Shown here one piece after another: positions 52,349 to 54,127 of a DNA stretch of 54,127 bases. Every line of letters starts with the position of its first letter. The first letter of the stretch is position 1. The DNA comes from a virus. Lineage: Duplodnaviria; Heunggongvirae; Uroviricota; Caudoviricetes. Below the pieces are notes generated by a model. It did not search any database and was not told the DNA's origin. It was given only the letters and a program-made list of their open reading frames with translations. The translations under genes and the position numbers were made by a program. The stretch lies in the IMG/VR virus record IMGVR_UViG_3300028327_000833, positions 98,516 through 152,642 of that record. One strand, 5' to 3'.

Positions 52349-54127
52349 CTAAATCCGATGTTTGTCTTGAGTCGGAACCTTGCGCATGTCGCCGCACGTA
52401 AACTTGTCGGCGACTCCTTTGCGCATGCTGTAAAGAACCTTTTTAGCTTCTTTAGGCTTCATATACTGCACGGAGTCCTGCACGTCTTTCTCTTTCAGCC
52501 CCATGTCGGTGTAAAAGTCCTTGTTCAGATCATGCTGCATAAACCCTATGCGTCTTTTCGTTCTGCGGAGCCGGCTGCCGCTTCCGCGCTCGTCTATTCC
52601 GCAAATCTCGCGCAATTTGCCGAAGTTCGTGTTCTGTATGTCTTTTCTTACCACGCGGTAGCCGCGGCCTACGAGATCTTTCTCGTGCCGGTTCACCACG
52701 GAGTCGGGCATGTTGGGCGGTATCGCCCTGAAATGGAAGTTCGTGCTGTCGGGATGGCTGTGCTGGAAACCCAGATACCTCTGCGTTACGGCGGGTCTGC
52801 CCTGCGCGGCGGGCGCGTTGTCGCCGACGTCCGCTTTCGCCTTGCCCGCCCCGAGAGCCGACAGCCCCATCAGCGCGGCCATAGCGGCGGTGCGGAGACG
52901 CTTGCCCTCGTCCACGCCGCAGGCTTCACGACACCTAAACTCTCTGGCCGCTTTCAGATTGTCTTTAATCTCTGATCTAAAACGCTGTTTTATACTCGCT
53001 CGGATGCGCGGTTTACTGCGCGAATGCGGATCCAGCAAAGCAAGCTGACGCAGCCCGTTTTGCGCGATTTGACCGCCCCCGCGGCAAGCCGACCGCTTCT
53101 TGTCGGTTGAAGTGTGCGTATACCCTTCGTCCGCGCCGTACCCTGCGACCGCGTACTCCTCCAGTAACTTTTGCGACTCGTTCGGTTCCCCGTCCGTACG
53201 GAACCTGACGTTCGGCGGAAGCGCGCTTGCGGACGCTCCGGCTTTGTCGAGCACTTTGGCTAAGGCGTGATTGGTCATCTCGGCGCGCGAATCGTTATAA
53301 CGTCTGTCGAAATTCTTTCCGGCTTTATCGTAGTGCTTCCAGAAGTCGGAAACGGCGTCCTCGTTTTTACTGCCGCCGTCGGCATCCGCGCGCGCGGCCA
53401 TACGCTCGATATAGTCGACGGCTTCTTTTTCCGCGACTTTGGCGGCTTGCAGCGCGAACAGCTTCTGTTTGGCGGGAGGCCACTTGTCGCGTTCGGCCTG
53501 CCGCAACGCCCTGCGGTACGCCTTGTCCCGTTTATGCTGGATATACGCTCTGGCCGCGTCGTCCGAAATTCCGCCTTCCACGATCTTCACGCCGGGACGG
53601 CGGTGGAATTGATTGTACAGTCCGACAAGGCCGTAAGAGTTCTGCGTGTTGACGACCGTCGGCAAGGCTCCGCCGTAAAGTTCGGTATAGCGGCGGGATT
53701 CGTTCAAGACGGCCTCATGCCGCTCGTTATTAAGGCTCTGCATAAATTTAGCGTGCGCCGCGGCTTGTTTAACGCTCATTTTGCGTCTATGCCATCCGTC
53801 GTCGTCTTTTCTGCCGATACCTGCGTCTTTCCGTGCTTCTTTTTCTTTTAACGGATCATAACTGCCGCTGTACGCTCCGCGGCCGGCCCGCCTTTGAGCG
53901 CGTTTAATCTCGACGGCTTCCGCGTCCTGTTTAGAGAGCGGAATGGACTTCGCCGCGCCGCTCCTCGCGACCATCCTGAACTTATCGGGATTTCTCGTTC
54001 CGTTGATGTCGCCGGCAAACCTCGCCTCATGTACGTCGCGCGGCGTTTCGTTCAAACCGCCGCCGAAATGCTTCACGGCTAAGTATTCGCAAAAGTTGCG
54101 CGGCGCGTCTTCGTTATATAGCGTCAT
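52349..54127 (-). CDS. Large charged protein with repeated hydrophobic-x-E sites, putative internal virion protein (start may lie outside window)
   Basis: LNE, VHE, VLNES, IVEG, LLEE, VDEG, IDER; internal repeat REACGVDEGKRLR / REICGIDERGSGSRLR. Confidence 0.5.
   Translation of the reverse strand: MTLYNEDAPRNFCEYLAVKHFGGGLNETPRDVHEARFAGDINGTRNPDKFRMVARSGAAKSIPLSKQDAEAVEIKRAQRRAGRGAYSGSYDPLKEKEARKDAGIGRKDDDGWHRRKMSVKQAAAHAKFMQSLNNERHEAVLNESRRYTELYGGALPTVVNTQNSYGLVGLYNQFHRRPGVKIVEGGISDDAARAYIQHKRDKAYRRALRQAERDKWPPAKQKLFALQAAKVAEKEAVDYIERMAARADADGGSKNEDAVSDFWKHYDKAGKNFDRRYNDSRAEMTNHALAKVLDKAGASASALPPNVRFRTDGEPNESQKLLEEYAVAGYGADEGYTHTSTDKKRSACRGGGQIAQNGLRQLALLDPHSRSKPRIRASIKQRFRSEIKDNLKAAREFRCREACGVDEGKRLRTAAMAALMGLSALGAGKAKADVGDNAPAAQGRPAVTQRYLGFQHSHPDSTNFHFRAIPPNMPDSVVNRHEKDLVGRGYRVVRKDIQNTNFGKLREICGIDERGSGSRLRRTKRRIGFMQHDLNKDFYTDMGLKEKDVQDSVQYMKPKEAKKVLYSMRKGVADKFTCGDMRKVPTQDKHRI

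Noticed and set aside
595-54082. Numerous antisense or alternate-frame ORFs in the track (e.g. 15776-17212 minus, 22842-23681 minus, 34288-34899 plus, 44763-45521 plus, 11564-11953 minus)
   Set aside because: They shadow well-supported genes on the other strand or frame, lack SDs and recognisable motifs, and are expected in GC-rich sequence
1-54127. tRNA, rRNA, integrase or att sites
   Set aside because: No cloverleaf, rRNA-like stretch or recombinase motif recognised by eye; a tRNAscan/Infernal run would be needed to exclude them formally

Overview
Fragment of a large contractile-tailed (myovirus, loosely T4-like baseplate) phage genome, standard genetic code. Minus strand: two tandem tail-tube paralogues and sheath (1-2998); tape measure with an M15 peptidase, tail chaperone and tube-fold protein (18174-22530); tail fibres and gp6/gp25/gp5-like baseplate genes (28067-39309); more fibre/adhesin genes (43908-48810); and two large, probably head-internal proteins (50908-54127). 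A plus-strand block (4792-18191) carries a DnaB-like helicase, two intact DNA methyltransferases plus a fragment (a third intact one lies at 3927-4658 on the minus strand), two ParB-N proteins, a Zn-finger/alkaline-phosphatase fusion and a 33-aa histone-H1-like peptide. Two accessory islands (about 22.6-28.0 kb and 39.4-43.9 kb) hold an IS1595 transposase, an orphan Panacea/SocA antitoxin, a glycosyltransferase, a host-type surface protein and membrane morons, punctuated by dispersed repeats. A FISUMP domain, a Chitinispirillia-like C-terminal domain and FCB-type promoters point to a Fibrobacterota host (inference). Best candidates for new biology: (i) a TnpB system of two intact 1280-bp TnpA-less elements plus a stand-alone, structurally conserved omega-RNA-like copy whose guide reads into the end of the receptor-binding fibre gene, with one element end supplying the SD and ATG of the gene it interrupted; (ii) a candidate +1 frameshift (CCC-TTT-CGT) in the tail chaperone; (iii) a shared N-terminal leader on unrelated proteins; (iv) three separate promoter-like motif families. 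All assignments are by manual motif reading; no database searches were run.
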